Assembly: GCA_002397275.1 (NCBI GenBank)
Contig: DHAA01000113.1
Coordinates: 4,694 to 68,693 of the forward strand
Origin: Thermacetogenium sp. UBA4966
Lineage (GTDB): Bacteria > Bacillota > DSM-12270 > Thermacetogeniales > Thermacetogeniaceae
Direction: 5' to 3'
DNA: 64,000 bases
Shown here: piece by piece, positions 43,741-52,134 of the stretch
Position numbering within the stretch: position 1 is the stretch's first letter
Layout of the letters: each line of letters begins with the position of its first letter
Made by a program: the position numbers and the translations under genes
The notes under the pieces: generated by a model
Databases searched by the model: none
Told to the model about the DNA's origin: nothing
What the model saw: the letters and a program-made list of their open reading frames with translations, nothing else

Positions 43741-45199
43741 AAAAGGTTAGTCCCAGCAGCGCCAGCGCCTGGTTGAGTATATAGCCGCAGAAGAAGGCGA
43801 AGGGGAAGATGAAACAGGCGATAGCCAGCGCCGTTTTCCATCCTCTCTCTTTGACCATGATGGCGAACTGTGCTATACAGGGAACGAATATGGTCAGGGT
43901 TACCGCGGCCACTAACATCTGAACCCCTGTGAGAACCCCACTTTTTTGCAGATCATAGAGCCCCGCGGCTCCATAGTCACGGCGGAAGAAGCCGAAGAGA
44001 AAGATCTCTGCGGCTTTAGAGGGAAGCCCCAGCGCTCCCATCAGGGGCGTCGTCGCCTGGATAACGGCATCGAAAGCGCCGGTTATCTTTCCTGCCCAGA
44101 TGAGGACGCTGGCCAGGATGAAGAAGGGCACGATTTCAATAAAATACCACTGCATGCGGGAGAGGGTCTTTTCCAGTATGTTGGAGAGTTTGGGCATTCT
44201 CAAAGGGGGAAGTTCCATATAAAAGGAGGGCTTTTTCCCGGGCATCAGCTTGGCCGCCAGATAGCCCACCAAAAGGAAGAGCAGAATAATGAACCCTGAC
44301 CAAATCGCTAAGGCCAGGGGCTTGGCGGAGAGAAGGCCCAACACTACGCCCAGCTGTGCAGAGCAGGGGATGGCCAGAGCCAGGAGCAGGGTGGCGATTA
44401 CCCGCTCTCTGTTGGTTTCCAGGGTTCTGCTGACCAGGGTGGCCATCGTGTCGCACCCGAACCCGAGGGCCATGGGGATCACCGCTCTTCCGCTGAGGCC
44501 GATTTTTTTAAAGAGGCGGTCCACCAAAAGAGCAAGCCGCGGCAGATAGCCGGAGTCCTCGAGAAGTGAGAAAGCGAGAAAAAATGTGCCCACGATAGGC
44601 AGAATGATGGCTACCGCGTAGCGAAGGCCCAGGGTGACGACGCCATAATCGAAGGCGAGCAGGGTCTGCAGGGCAGGCCAGGGGATCAAGTTCCCGACGA
44701 CCTGATTGACCCAGGGGTTGATATATGCTTCAAACAGCTTCCCTTCGATAAGGTCTACCAGTGTCCCGGCGCCGAATTGCCCTACAAACTTGTACAAGCC
44801 GAAGTAGAGAACAAGCAGCAGGATGGGGATTCCGGTCAGAGGCTGTATTGTAAGGCGGTCGAGGACCGAGTGGAGACGCTTCTTTTTGTCGCTGTCCTTC
44901 ACAACTCCCGCAAGAATTTCTTTTGACTTTTGATGGGTCTGCAGGGTAATAACATAACGCAGGGGGTCCTTGTATTGAGAACGTGTATTTTGGATTACCG
45001 CAAAAATGCGGGGGAATTCACGCTCCCGCAGTTTAACCATTTTCATAATCTCTTCATCTTGCTGAAGCAAAAGCAGAGCGATCATGCGTTTAGAGAAGGT
45101 ATATCTGGCCTTCAGCAGTTTTTCAATGCTCTCCAGTGATTTTTCAATGGTTTCGTCATAGCGAAGGGCGAACCTTTCAGGCGACCCGCTTCCTGACAT
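43739..45199 (-). CDS. feoB: Ferrous iron transporter FeoB, helical plus membrane (gate/nucleoside-recognition) portion
   Basis: 486 aa polytopic protein colinear with residues after the G-domain of FeoB. It overlaps the G-domain ORF by 23 nt in another frame. Confidence 0.8.
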   Translation of the reverse strand: MSGSGSPERFALRYDETIEKSLESIEKLLKARYTFSKRMIALLLLQQDEEIMKMVKLREREFPRIFAVIQNTRSQYKDPLRYVITLQTHQKSKEILAGVVKDSDKKKRLHSVLDRLTIQPLTGIPILLLVLYFGLYKFVGQFGAGTLVDLIEGKLFEAYINPWVNQVVGNLIPWPALQTLLAFDYGVVTLGLRYAVAIILPIVGTFFLAFSLLEDSGYLPRLALLVDRLFKKIGLSGRAVIPMALGFGCDTMATLVSRTLETNRERVIATLLLALAIPCSAQLGVVLGLLSAKPLALAIWSGFIILLFLLVGYLAAKLMPGKKPSFYMELPPLRMPKLSNILEKTLSRMQWYFIEIVPFFILASVLIWAGKITGAFDAVIQATTPLMGALGLPSKAAEIFLFGFFRRDYGAAGLYDLQKSGVLTGVQMLVAAVTLTIFVPCIAQFAIMVKERGWKTALAIACFIFPFAFFCGYILNQALALLGLTF

Positions 45200-45755
45200 A
45201 CTGCGCCACCATCCTCTTTAGCTGCTCCATACCGCGGTTTAAGGCTGCTGCGGTTCCTGCCACAGGGATCCCCAAAGCCTGGGAGAGAGCATCCAGGTCG
45301 ATGCTGCGTCCGATTTTTTTCGCCTCGTCCATCATGTTGACCGCGAGTATGACAGGCAGGCCGGCCTCCAGCAGCTGCAGGGTGAGGGGGAGCATCCTTT
45401 CAATGTTTTTCGCATCCACCACATGCATAACCACATCCGGTTTTTCCTGCAGCAGGAGTGTTCTGGTTACCCGTTCCTCTTCGGTAATTGGAAACAGGGA
45501 ATACATGCCGGGAGTGTCGATTACCTCATACATTTGCCGATCAAGCTTGGCGGCGCCCCGAGAGACCTCGACCGTGGTTCCCGGGTAATTGGAAACGGTA
45601 ACATAGGTTCCGGTTATGAGATTGAAGATCACGCTTTTCCCTACGTTAGGTGTTCCCACTAAAACCAGCTTTGTTTTTCTGTTTCTAAATGCCGGTTGCG
45701 GCGGTTTGCTTTTATTGGCTGTATTGCGCCGGTCATCTTCCGTTTGTTTGTCCAT
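45177..45755 (-). CDS. feoB: FeoB N-terminal GTPase domain encoded as a separate ORF
   Basis: G1 GTPNVGKS, G3 DTPG and G4 NMMD motifs. Confidence 0.8.
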   Translation of the reverse strand: MDKQTEDDRRNTANKSKPPQPAFRNRKTKLVLVGTPNVGKSVIFNLITGTYVTVSNYPGTTVEVSRGAAKLDRQMYEVIDTPGMYSLFPITEEERVTRTLLLQEKPDVVMHVVDAKNIERMLPLTLQLLEAGLPVILAVNMMDEAKKIGRSIDLDALSQALGIPVAGTAAALNRGMEQLKRMVAQYVRKRVA

Positions 45756-45822
45756 TTGCTTTCTCCTCCGCTTTATTGAAACAAATTGTCAGGCCGCGGC
45801 GCCGGGCGCCGGGTACAATATT

Positions 45823-45841
45823 GACAACGATAATCGTTATC
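45823..45841. promoter_or_regulatory. Fur box candidate
   Basis: GACAACGATAATCGTTATC matches the 19-bp consensus GATAATGATAATCATTATC at 16 of 19 positions. It lies 68 nt upstream of the feoB G-domain ORF. Confidence 0.6.
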
Positions 45842-45991
45842 AGCAGTTAAGCCCATCTCTGCTGCATAGAACCCGCAGTTGCGGCAAATAATAGATTGAA
45901 TGCTGCATTAAAGGGGATACGCATCACTTCATTATCGGCTGTTGATGAAAGCTTTGCGGCACTCTTGCATCTTTCTATCACTATTAATGTA

Positions 45992-46006
45992 TGATAATTA
46001 TTCTCA
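45992..46006. promoter_or_regulatory. Fur box candidate (7-1-7 type)
   Basis: TGATAATTATTCTCA against TGATAAT-N-ATTATCA (14 of 15), in the divergent feoB / radical SAM intergenic region. Confidence 0.55.
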
Positions 46007-46102
46007 ACTGTCAATACAATATTTTCATTCCATTTAAGATATATTATGTATTATATTGCCATATGATAAGATAAATGACTCTCACTAAACTTATTGATGG
46101 TA

Positions 46103-46131
46103 TTGACGGCAGAAAGACTGAAGTATATTAT
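46103..46131 (+). promoter_or_regulatory. SigA-type promoter candidate for the radical SAM gene
   Basis: TTGACG, a 17-nt spacer, then TATTAT. Confidence 0.45.
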
Positions 46132-46251
46132 AATATTAAAGCAAACGTTAGAATGTAGGACTACAGTAAATCCCGGCGAGCTGAAGGGAGGGTCTATTTT
46201 AGCAACCGGGTAACCGGAGGAGTTCGACCGAACCCTTAAATTTTCAGGGAG

Positions 46252-47628
46252 GTGGCAGGTGTGGATGAGAAAGCAAAAAAATTAAATATTAGTTTCGCCA
46301 AGCGCTATGCAGAAGAGAAAATTCTCGCCCAAGCGTTGAATTACCTGGAGGGCAATCCCGAGAAGAATATACCGCGCTTAACAAAATTACTGGAAAAAAT
46401 GACCTCCGTGCCGCTGCATCGCCAATTCATCGCCAATATACGGACCTTTTATGAGGAGAATGACGCCATAAAAACGTATTTAAACGGCTTTTTTACAGAC
46501 ATCGATAAGGATGTGCGCAATAAAATAGTGATCGATTTTGTGATCAACAGCCTTATCTTCTCCCCGGAACGCCGGCGGCAGGTCCAGGATGATGGGCATA
46601 TCCATGTGCCCTATACCATTTTGATTGATCCCACCAGTGCTTGCAATCTGAAATGTACAGGGTGCTGGGCAGGGGAGTACACCAAGCATGATCAGCTGGA
46701 ACCCGAACTTTTTAACCGCATCCTGGCGGAGGCTAAAGAGCTGGGGATTTACGCTGTCGTTGTTTCAGGCGGGGAACCATTTGTTTATCCCTATCTACTA
46801 GATATTGCGGAACAGAACAATGACATGATCTTTATGATCTATACCAATGGGACAAGGATCGATGAGAAAACCGCGGACAGAATGAAAGTTCTCGGCAACA
46901 TCTCGCCGGCGATCAGTTTGGAGGGATGGGAAACCGAGACTGATGCCCGCCGGGGGAAGGGAACTTTTAAGAAGATTATCGCCGCTATGAAACTCCTGCG
47001 GGAACGGGGGCTTCTTTTCGGAGCATCTGTGACCGCCACCAGGAATAATGTGGAAGAACTGACCAGCGACCAGTTTATTGATTTTCTCGTTGAACAGGGC
47101 GCCAAATATATGTGGCTGTTTCACTATGTGCCTATCGGACGTCAGCCGAATACCGAACTGATGCTTTTACCGGAGCAACGGGCCTCTTTGGCCAAAAGAA
47201 GCGCTTATATAAGACTGCACAAACCCCTGCCTGTTATGGACTTTTGGAATGATGGGGCCTATACCGACGGCTGCATTGCCGGGGGTAAGTGTTACTTCCA
47301 TATCAACGCCCGCGGCGATGTGGAACCCTGCGCCTTTGTACATTTTGCTGTCGATAATATCAGAGAGAAGAGCCTGAAAGAAGTATTAAAGAATCCGCTG
47401 TTTACAGCGTATCAGAAGGCGCAGCCCTTTTCAAAAAATATGCTGTGTCCCTGCCCGATCATCGATGAACCAGATGCTCTGCGGCAGATTGTTAAAGAAA
47501 CAGGCGCCCATCCTACGCATGAGGGTGCGGACACAGTCCTTAACGGGGAAATCGCCGGGTTCCTTGACGAGCGTTCCGCTAACTGGAAAAAGGTAGCGGA
47601 CCCTCTTTGGGACTCCCGTGTCAGATAG
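46252..47628 (+). CDS. Radical SAM protein with C-terminal Cys-rich auxiliary region, function unknown
   Basis: CNLKCTGCW (CX3CX2C) about 125 aa from the N-terminus, GGEPF, and later CIAGGKC, EPCAF and CPCP motifs. The start is GTG 46252 or 46261. Confidence 0.8.
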   Translation: MAGVDEKAKKLNISFAKRYAEEKILAQALNYLEGNPEKNIPRLTKLLEKMTSVPLHRQFIANIRTFYEENDAIKTYLNGFFTDIDKDVRNKIVIDFVINSLIFSPERRRQVQDDGHIHVPYTILIDPTSACNLKCTGCWAGEYTKHDQLEPELFNRILAEAKELGIYAVVVSGGEPFVYPYLLDIAEQNNDMIFMIYTNGTRIDEKTADRMKVLGNISPAISLEGWETETDARRGKGTFKKIIAAMKLLRERGLLFGASVTATRNNVEELTSDQFIDFLVEQGAKYMWLFHYVPIGRQPNTELMLLPEQRASLAKRSAYIRLHKPLPVMDFWNDGAYTDGCIAGGKCYFHINARGDVEPCAFVHFAVDNIREKSLKEVLKNPLFTAYQKAQPFSKNMLCPCPIIDEPDALRQIVKETGAHPTHEGADTVLNGEIAGFLDERSANWKKVADPLWDSRVR

Positions 47629-47735
47629 CAAGCGTCGCTGGGAAAAACAGTTATAGACAGCCCGGGTATTTTTGTATAAGCTTGTATGAGTGTAATGCCC
47701 GGGCTATTCTGTGCATCTGGATAAGGGGTGATTCT

Positions 47736-48104
47736 ATGAGCGTAGATCAAAGCGACGACACTTCAAACCATAATTTTATAACACCCGATGCGGGAAAAGT
47801 TGAAAGGCTAAAAAAAGAGATCGCCATAACCGACGGCCTTTCTGCATTTTTTAAGGCTATGGCCGACGACACCAGATTAAAGGTTATTCATGCCCTTTCT
47901 CTGGATGAACTCTGTGTTTGTGATGTGGCCGATGTCCTGGGTTCCAGCGTTCAGGCGGCTTCTCATCATCTGCGTATTTTACGAAATACCGGCCTGGCTA
48001 AATACCGCAGAGAGGGAAAAAAGATATTCTACAGTTTAAGTGACCGCAAAACAGCGGGTCTTGTTCAAAAGTTTATTGCCGATCTCATTGAAAGAGAGAA
48101 ATGA
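47736..48104 (+). CDS. arsR: ArsR/SmtB-family metalloregulator with ELCVCD motif
   Basis: Winged HTH (ASHHLRILRNTGL) and the CVC metal(loid)-binding motif in DELCVCDVADVLG. ATG 47736 has an AAGGGGTGA RBS. Confidence 0.8.
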   Translation: MSVDQSDDTSNHNFITPDAGKVERLKKEIAITDGLSAFFKAMADDTRLKVIHALSLDELCVCDVADVLGSSVQAASHHLRILRNTGLAKYRREGKKIFYSLSDRKTAGLVQKFIADLIEREK

Positions 48105-48165
48105 TGGCCGTTATTTCCACCCACCTGCACCCTCAAAAAAATAGTCTAATTTTGTCGATCAATGC

Positions 48166-48194
48166 TTGACATTCGTTTTCATGAGAAATATAAT
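48166..48194 (+). promoter_or_regulatory. Consensus SigA promoter with no downstream ORF
   Basis: TTGACA (48166-48171), exactly 17 nt, then TATAAT (48189-48194). Confidence 0.7.
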
Positions 48195-48200
48195 ATAGAT

Positions 48201-48418
48201 GAATTAGAAATAAATTTCACAAGGATACTTACTACCGATATTTTTATTAAAAGATATCCAGCAAATGCACTCTAGACGCGCTAATAAATGATCTAAGGGA
48301 CGAGGTTCGCAGCAATATTCCTACTATAATCTTCAGAACTTTGGATGGGGGACCGGCCCCTTCCATGAGTTTAGCGGGATGACTCCGAAAAGGTGATTCA
48401 TCCCTTTTTGTTTTTCTG
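48201..48418 (+). ncRNA. Candidate small non-coding RNA (promoter-to-terminator unit, family not recognised)
   Basis: About 215 nt between the perfect promoter and an intrinsic terminator. The longest ORF is under 10 codons. There is an internal hairpin TGGATGGGG-N8-CCCCTTCCA. Confidence 0.45.
48376..48418 (+). terminator. Rho-independent terminator
   Basis: GGGATGA...TCATCCC stem (extended by CTCC/GGTG pairing) followed by TTTTTGTTTTTCTG. Confidence 0.7.
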
Positions 48419-48428
48419 TTCTGCGGTA

Positions 48429-48533
48429 TCAGGTTGGGGGCTTGCGCAGAGGGATAATAATGTGCGTATATATCACATAGGCCAGGGTTCCGCCCAGAAG
48501 GATTAGGAGTAGAATTGCCGCTAATTTTTCCAT
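48429..48533 (-). CDS. 34-codon hydrophobic small ORF (MEKLAAILLLILLGGTLAYVIYTHIIIPLRKPPT)
   Basis: Not in the ORF track because it is under 60 aa. It has an ATG with a weak AAGGGAA RBS, one predicted TM helix and a basic/proline tail. It lies 71 nt downstream of the ABC permease and converges on the sRNA candidate. Confidence 0.3.
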   Translation of the reverse strand: MEKLAAILLLILLGGTLAYVIYTHIIIPLRKPPT

Positions 48534-48604
48534 AAAGATTTTCCCTTCTTTCTCTTCTTTCCTTAATGTAACCGCGGGCAGGGGGTAATTATGCGAGTCG
48601 TTGC

Positions 48605-51226
48605 CTACAAATTCTCTGCCCGCAAAGCCTCAATGATGTTGTCGTTTTTCAGCTTGGCGCCGGCATGCAGCATGGTGATGAAGACGATGCCGAACACCCC
48701 GATGACGCAGGCCAGGATCTCTTTCCCGGGCAGGAAGAAAGCGAACTCAAACACCTCGCTGAAGGAGCTGTGCAGCAGCATGCTGATCAGGATGCCCACA
48801 GGCAGCCCGTAGAGAAGGGCTTTCAGGCCGTAGAAGACGCTCTCGTAGTTGATCATTTTGTTAAAGCCCCGCGGGGTCAGCCCCACCGATTGCAGCATGG
48901 CGAATTCACGGCGGCGCAGGGCGATATTGGTGCTGATCGTGTTGAATATATTGGTGACGCCGATCAGGGTGATCAGGGTGACGAAGCCGTAGAGAAAGAT
49001 GGAAATCATTTTTTTTGCGCGTTCCATATTGTTCTGTTCGGCTTGCACGTCATAAAGGTGCAGGGAGCAGTGGCCTGAATAATCTTCAAAAATAGTGCGG
49101 ATCCGCTCCGCCAGATCCCCCGGGGCTGCGCTGTTATCCGCGCAGATAAAAAGCTCCGCTTCATTCCCTGAACGCATAGTCTCATCTGTCAGCAGCGAAC
49201 TGAGCACAGGGAACGCTGCTTCGGAGACGACCATGTTGACCTCTGCCGGCTCGGTGTAGGCGACCCCCAGGGGAAGCGTGTCGGTGATGGCGCCGATCTC
49301 CATGGAAAAGGGGACGGGAGCGGGAGGAGCAGGAACTCCGCTCGCTGTCGTCAGCAGCAGTTTCTCGCCTGTTTTCGCCTGCAGCGGCTCGTACCCGGTA
49401 TGTTTGCCGGCCTCCCGCAGGACGTTTTTGTTGATGAGGATCCCTCTTAACTTTTTGGTATCCTGAAATGCCGCGGCGTCAATTCCATTTTCCGCGGCGT
49501 AAGCCTTGAATTCCGCTTCCCCCAGCGCGGTGATTCGAACAGTACAGCGGTATTGGTTTTTTTTATTCACGGGAAATAGCTTTTGCTCATCAAGATGCTT
49601 TTCTTGAAGATAAGAGCCGAATCGGGAGCGCGTCAGCCAGGATTCGGCAAAAACCATCCTGGCGGTCGCATATCTCTCCACACCGTCAAGAGCGGCAATC
49701 CGTTTATAAAAGGCTGCTTGCTCCTCCGGGGAGGCATTATTGAGAGTCACCGATAAATCGAAGGCCCCCTCCTGGAAATACATATTGGTACCGGTAAACC
49801 CATAGTTGAGGAATGAGGAGAAAGAGATGAAGAGGACGATGCTGATGAAGAGGGAGAGCACGGTCGTCCGGTAGCGGCGGCGGTTGCGCTTCAGGTTTTT
49901 TAAGGCCAGCTCTCCCTCAAACCCCCATAAAAGGCGGCTCAGCCTGGAGGTTTTCATGGCTTTCCCCTTGATTTTGATATCCGAGCTCAGCCTGATCGCC
50001 TCGATGGGGGAGGCGGAGGAGGCCCTTTTGGCCGGGATGTAGGCAGAGATAAAGATGAGCAGGGCCATAAAAACGATCGAGCCCAGGATTACACCGGGAG
50101 AGACGATCAGCCGCCGCAGTGCAACATCTTCGATGCCGATCATGCCGCTCGCCAGGCGGTTGACCACGGAGAAGGTTACGGCGATGCCGCCGATACCGGA
50201 GAGGATACCGGCGGGTATGCCGGCCAAAGCCAGGATAGCGCCTTCGAAAAATACGGACCTCCGGATCTGCCCGGGCGTGGCGCCGACGCCGGCCAGCATG
50301 CCGAACTGCTTTTTGCGCTCGCTTACCGATATGGCGAAGGCATTGTAGATGACGATCACCGAGCCGACCGCGATCAGAGCGATGACGATGGCGGTTATAG
50401 AATAGAGCATCGCTTTCACACTATCATATTTAGAAATGCCCATCCACTTTAGAAGTTCGTCGTTGTAGTCGTAATGCTCGATCCCGGCATTTTTGGCCAT
50501 CTGCGGAACCTTGTCGTAAATCTGGCGCGGGTTTTTCCCCTGGATGGACACAGTGACCGGTTTGGCGGCAGGGCTGCTCTGATCCAGATAGGCGAGCACC
50601 GTAAAACCCGGAATGCCGTAGATATTTTCATGAGCGGGCTTGGCCATTAATCCTGTAACAGTATAAGTTTTTTTTGCGGCAGTGGCTTTAAATTGCTCTG
50701 TTTCTTCAAGTGAACTGTCAAAGGGCAGCTGCTGCCCCTCATTGATTCTCTCGCCCAAAGCGAAGGTAATGGCGTCGCCGATCTGATAAGCCTCTCCGCC
50801 ATGTTTCAAGATCTCTTTGGAGAGTAGTATTTCCCCGGCTTTTTCCGGGAAACGCCCAGCGGTTAATTGGACCGGCATCTGCCGGAAAGCTGTGTCATCG
50901 TATTCTCTGACAAAGAAATAGGGCTTAGTTTTAGATGTGGACCGCTCAAAACGGGCGTACCCCAGATCTCCGCTGAGCATGCTTTTTTTAGTGTATGTGT
51001 TGTCGGTGATGTACTTGATCTGCTCAGGGTTGACATTGAAAAAGGCGGCATGGAAATTTCCCTGGGTCTTGATCGCTTCCTGCACAAAAACATCCTGGAA
51101 ACTGGCGGCCAGAGTGAACGTGCCGCAGATCATCGCCCCGGAGAGGATGATGCCGATGATGGTGACGATGGTGCGCTTGCGGTTCAGCTTCAGGCTGCGC
51201 CAGGTAAGGGTATTAATGATATTCAC
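48605..51226 (-). CDS. FtsX-family ABC transporter permease (MacB/BceB-like, duplicated FtsX domains)
   Basis: 873 aa with two 4-TM FtsX modules separated by and flanking large extracytoplasmic regions. It overlaps the ATPase gene stop. Confidence 0.8.
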   Translation of the reverse strand: MNIINTLTWRSLKLNRKRTIVTIIGIILSGAMICGTFTLAASFQDVFVQEAIKTQGNFHAAFFNVNPEQIKYITDNTYTKKSMLSGDLGYARFERSTSKTKPYFFVREYDDTAFRQMPVQLTAGRFPEKAGEILLSKEILKHGGEAYQIGDAITFALGERINEGQQLPFDSSLEETEQFKATAAKKTYTVTGLMAKPAHENIYGIPGFTVLAYLDQSSPAAKPVTVSIQGKNPRQIYDKVPQMAKNAGIEHYDYNDELLKWMGISKYDSVKAMLYSITAIVIALIAVGSVIVIYNAFAISVSERKKQFGMLAGVGATPGQIRRSVFFEGAILALAGIPAGILSGIGGIAVTFSVVNRLASGMIGIEDVALRRLIVSPGVILGSIVFMALLIFISAYIPAKRASSASPIEAIRLSSDIKIKGKAMKTSRLSRLLWGFEGELALKNLKRNRRRYRTTVLSLFISIVLFISFSSFLNYGFTGTNMYFQEGAFDLSVTLNNASPEEQAAFYKRIAALDGVERYATARMVFAESWLTRSRFGSYLQEKHLDEQKLFPVNKKNQYRCTVRITALGEAEFKAYAAENGIDAAAFQDTKKLRGILINKNVLREAGKHTGYEPLQAKTGEKLLLTTASGVPAPPAPVPFSMEIGAITDTLPLGVAYTEPAEVNMVVSEAAFPVLSSLLTDETMRSGNEAELFICADNSAAPGDLAERIRTIFEDYSGHCSLHLYDVQAEQNNMERAKKMISIFLYGFVTLITLIGVTNIFNTISTNIALRRREFAMLQSVGLTPRGFNKMINYESVFYGLKALLYGLPVGILISMLLHSSFSEVFEFAFFLPGKEILACVIGVFGIVFITMLHAGAKLKNDNIIEALRAENL

Positions 51227-51906
51227 GGCCTGATCACCTCGTCTTTAACGATGCGCCCGTCGGCCAGGGTGATCAGGCGATCCGCCTGCAGGGCTATTTT
51301 GTGATCGTGGGTGACGATGAGCAGGGTTTGCTGATAGCGCTTATTGGATAGCTTGAGCAGGTCGACGATCTCTTCCGAATTTTTGCTGTCCAGGTTTCCT
51401 GTCGGTTCGTCCGCCAGAACCAGGGCCGGGCGGTTGATCAGGGCGCGGCCGATGGACACTCTCTGCTGTTCTCCGCCGGAGAGTTCATTGGGCAGATGGC
51501 CGGCCCTTTCCGTCAGGTTGAGAGTTGCCAGAAGCTCGCTTAAGAATTCCGGGTCTGCCTTTCTTTCATCAAGCAGCAGAGGCAGTGTGATATTTTCCTC
51601 TACATTTAAGATAGGGAGCAGGTTATAAAACTGATAAATGAGGCCGACCTGCCTTCTTCTGAAGATGGCCAGCCTGGTTTTGTCCAGCTGATAGATATCG
51701 GTGTCTTCGATAAACACCTTGCCCGCGCTGGGCCGGTCGACCCCGCCCAGCATATGCAGCAGAGTGGATTTGCCGGAGCCAGAGGCCCCGACAATGGCCG
51801 CGAACTCGCCTTTTTTTACGCTGAAGGAGACGCCGTCGAGGGCTTTCACCTGCGCTGCGCCGCTTCCGTATATTTTGGACAGATTCTCAACCCGCAGTAT
51901 TTCCAT
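51223..51906 (-). CDS. ABC transporter ATP-binding protein (MacB/LolD/BceA-like)
   Basis: Walker [10 protein letters not shown], signature LSGGEQQRV, Walker [16 protein letters not shown] 51906 has an AAGGAG RBS; the ORF-track start 51966 is too long. Confidence 0.88.
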   Translation of the reverse strand: MEILRVENLSKIYGSGAAQVKALDGVSFSVKKGEFAAIVGASGSGKSTLLHMLGGVDRPSAGKVFIEDTDIYQLDKTRLAIFRRRQVGLIYQFYNLLPILNVEENITLPLLLDERKADPEFLSELLATLNLTERAGHLPNELSGGEQQRVSIGRALINRPALVLADEPTGNLDSKNSEEIVDLLKLSNKRYQQTLLIVTHDHKIALQADRLITLADGRIVKDEVIRP

Positions 51907-52045
51907 AAACTCAAGCTCCTTTACTATGGTACTTACCAGATACTTACCTAGATTGTATCTGTCCAAGATGACTATCCGGTGACAGTTTTGGTGACAATTA
52001 TGTCATATTAAAACAAGGTAACTACTATCCAGCTATATCCTAAAG

Positions 52046-52134
52046 CCGGCAGGTTCCAGCGAAGCGACCCATATGGAGTCCCGGCATAAATACCCTTGAT
52101 TTAATGTGGCAAACGAAACGTCCCTATGCCACAT
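52046..52134. repeat. Degenerate partial repeat, copy I, plus conserved hairpin
   Basis: CCGGCAGGTTCCAGCGAAGCGACCCATATGGAGTCCCGGC is a diverged left arm. The hairpin ATGTGGCAAACGAAACGTCCCTATGCCACAT at 52104..52134 matches the one at 42111. Confidence 0.7.
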
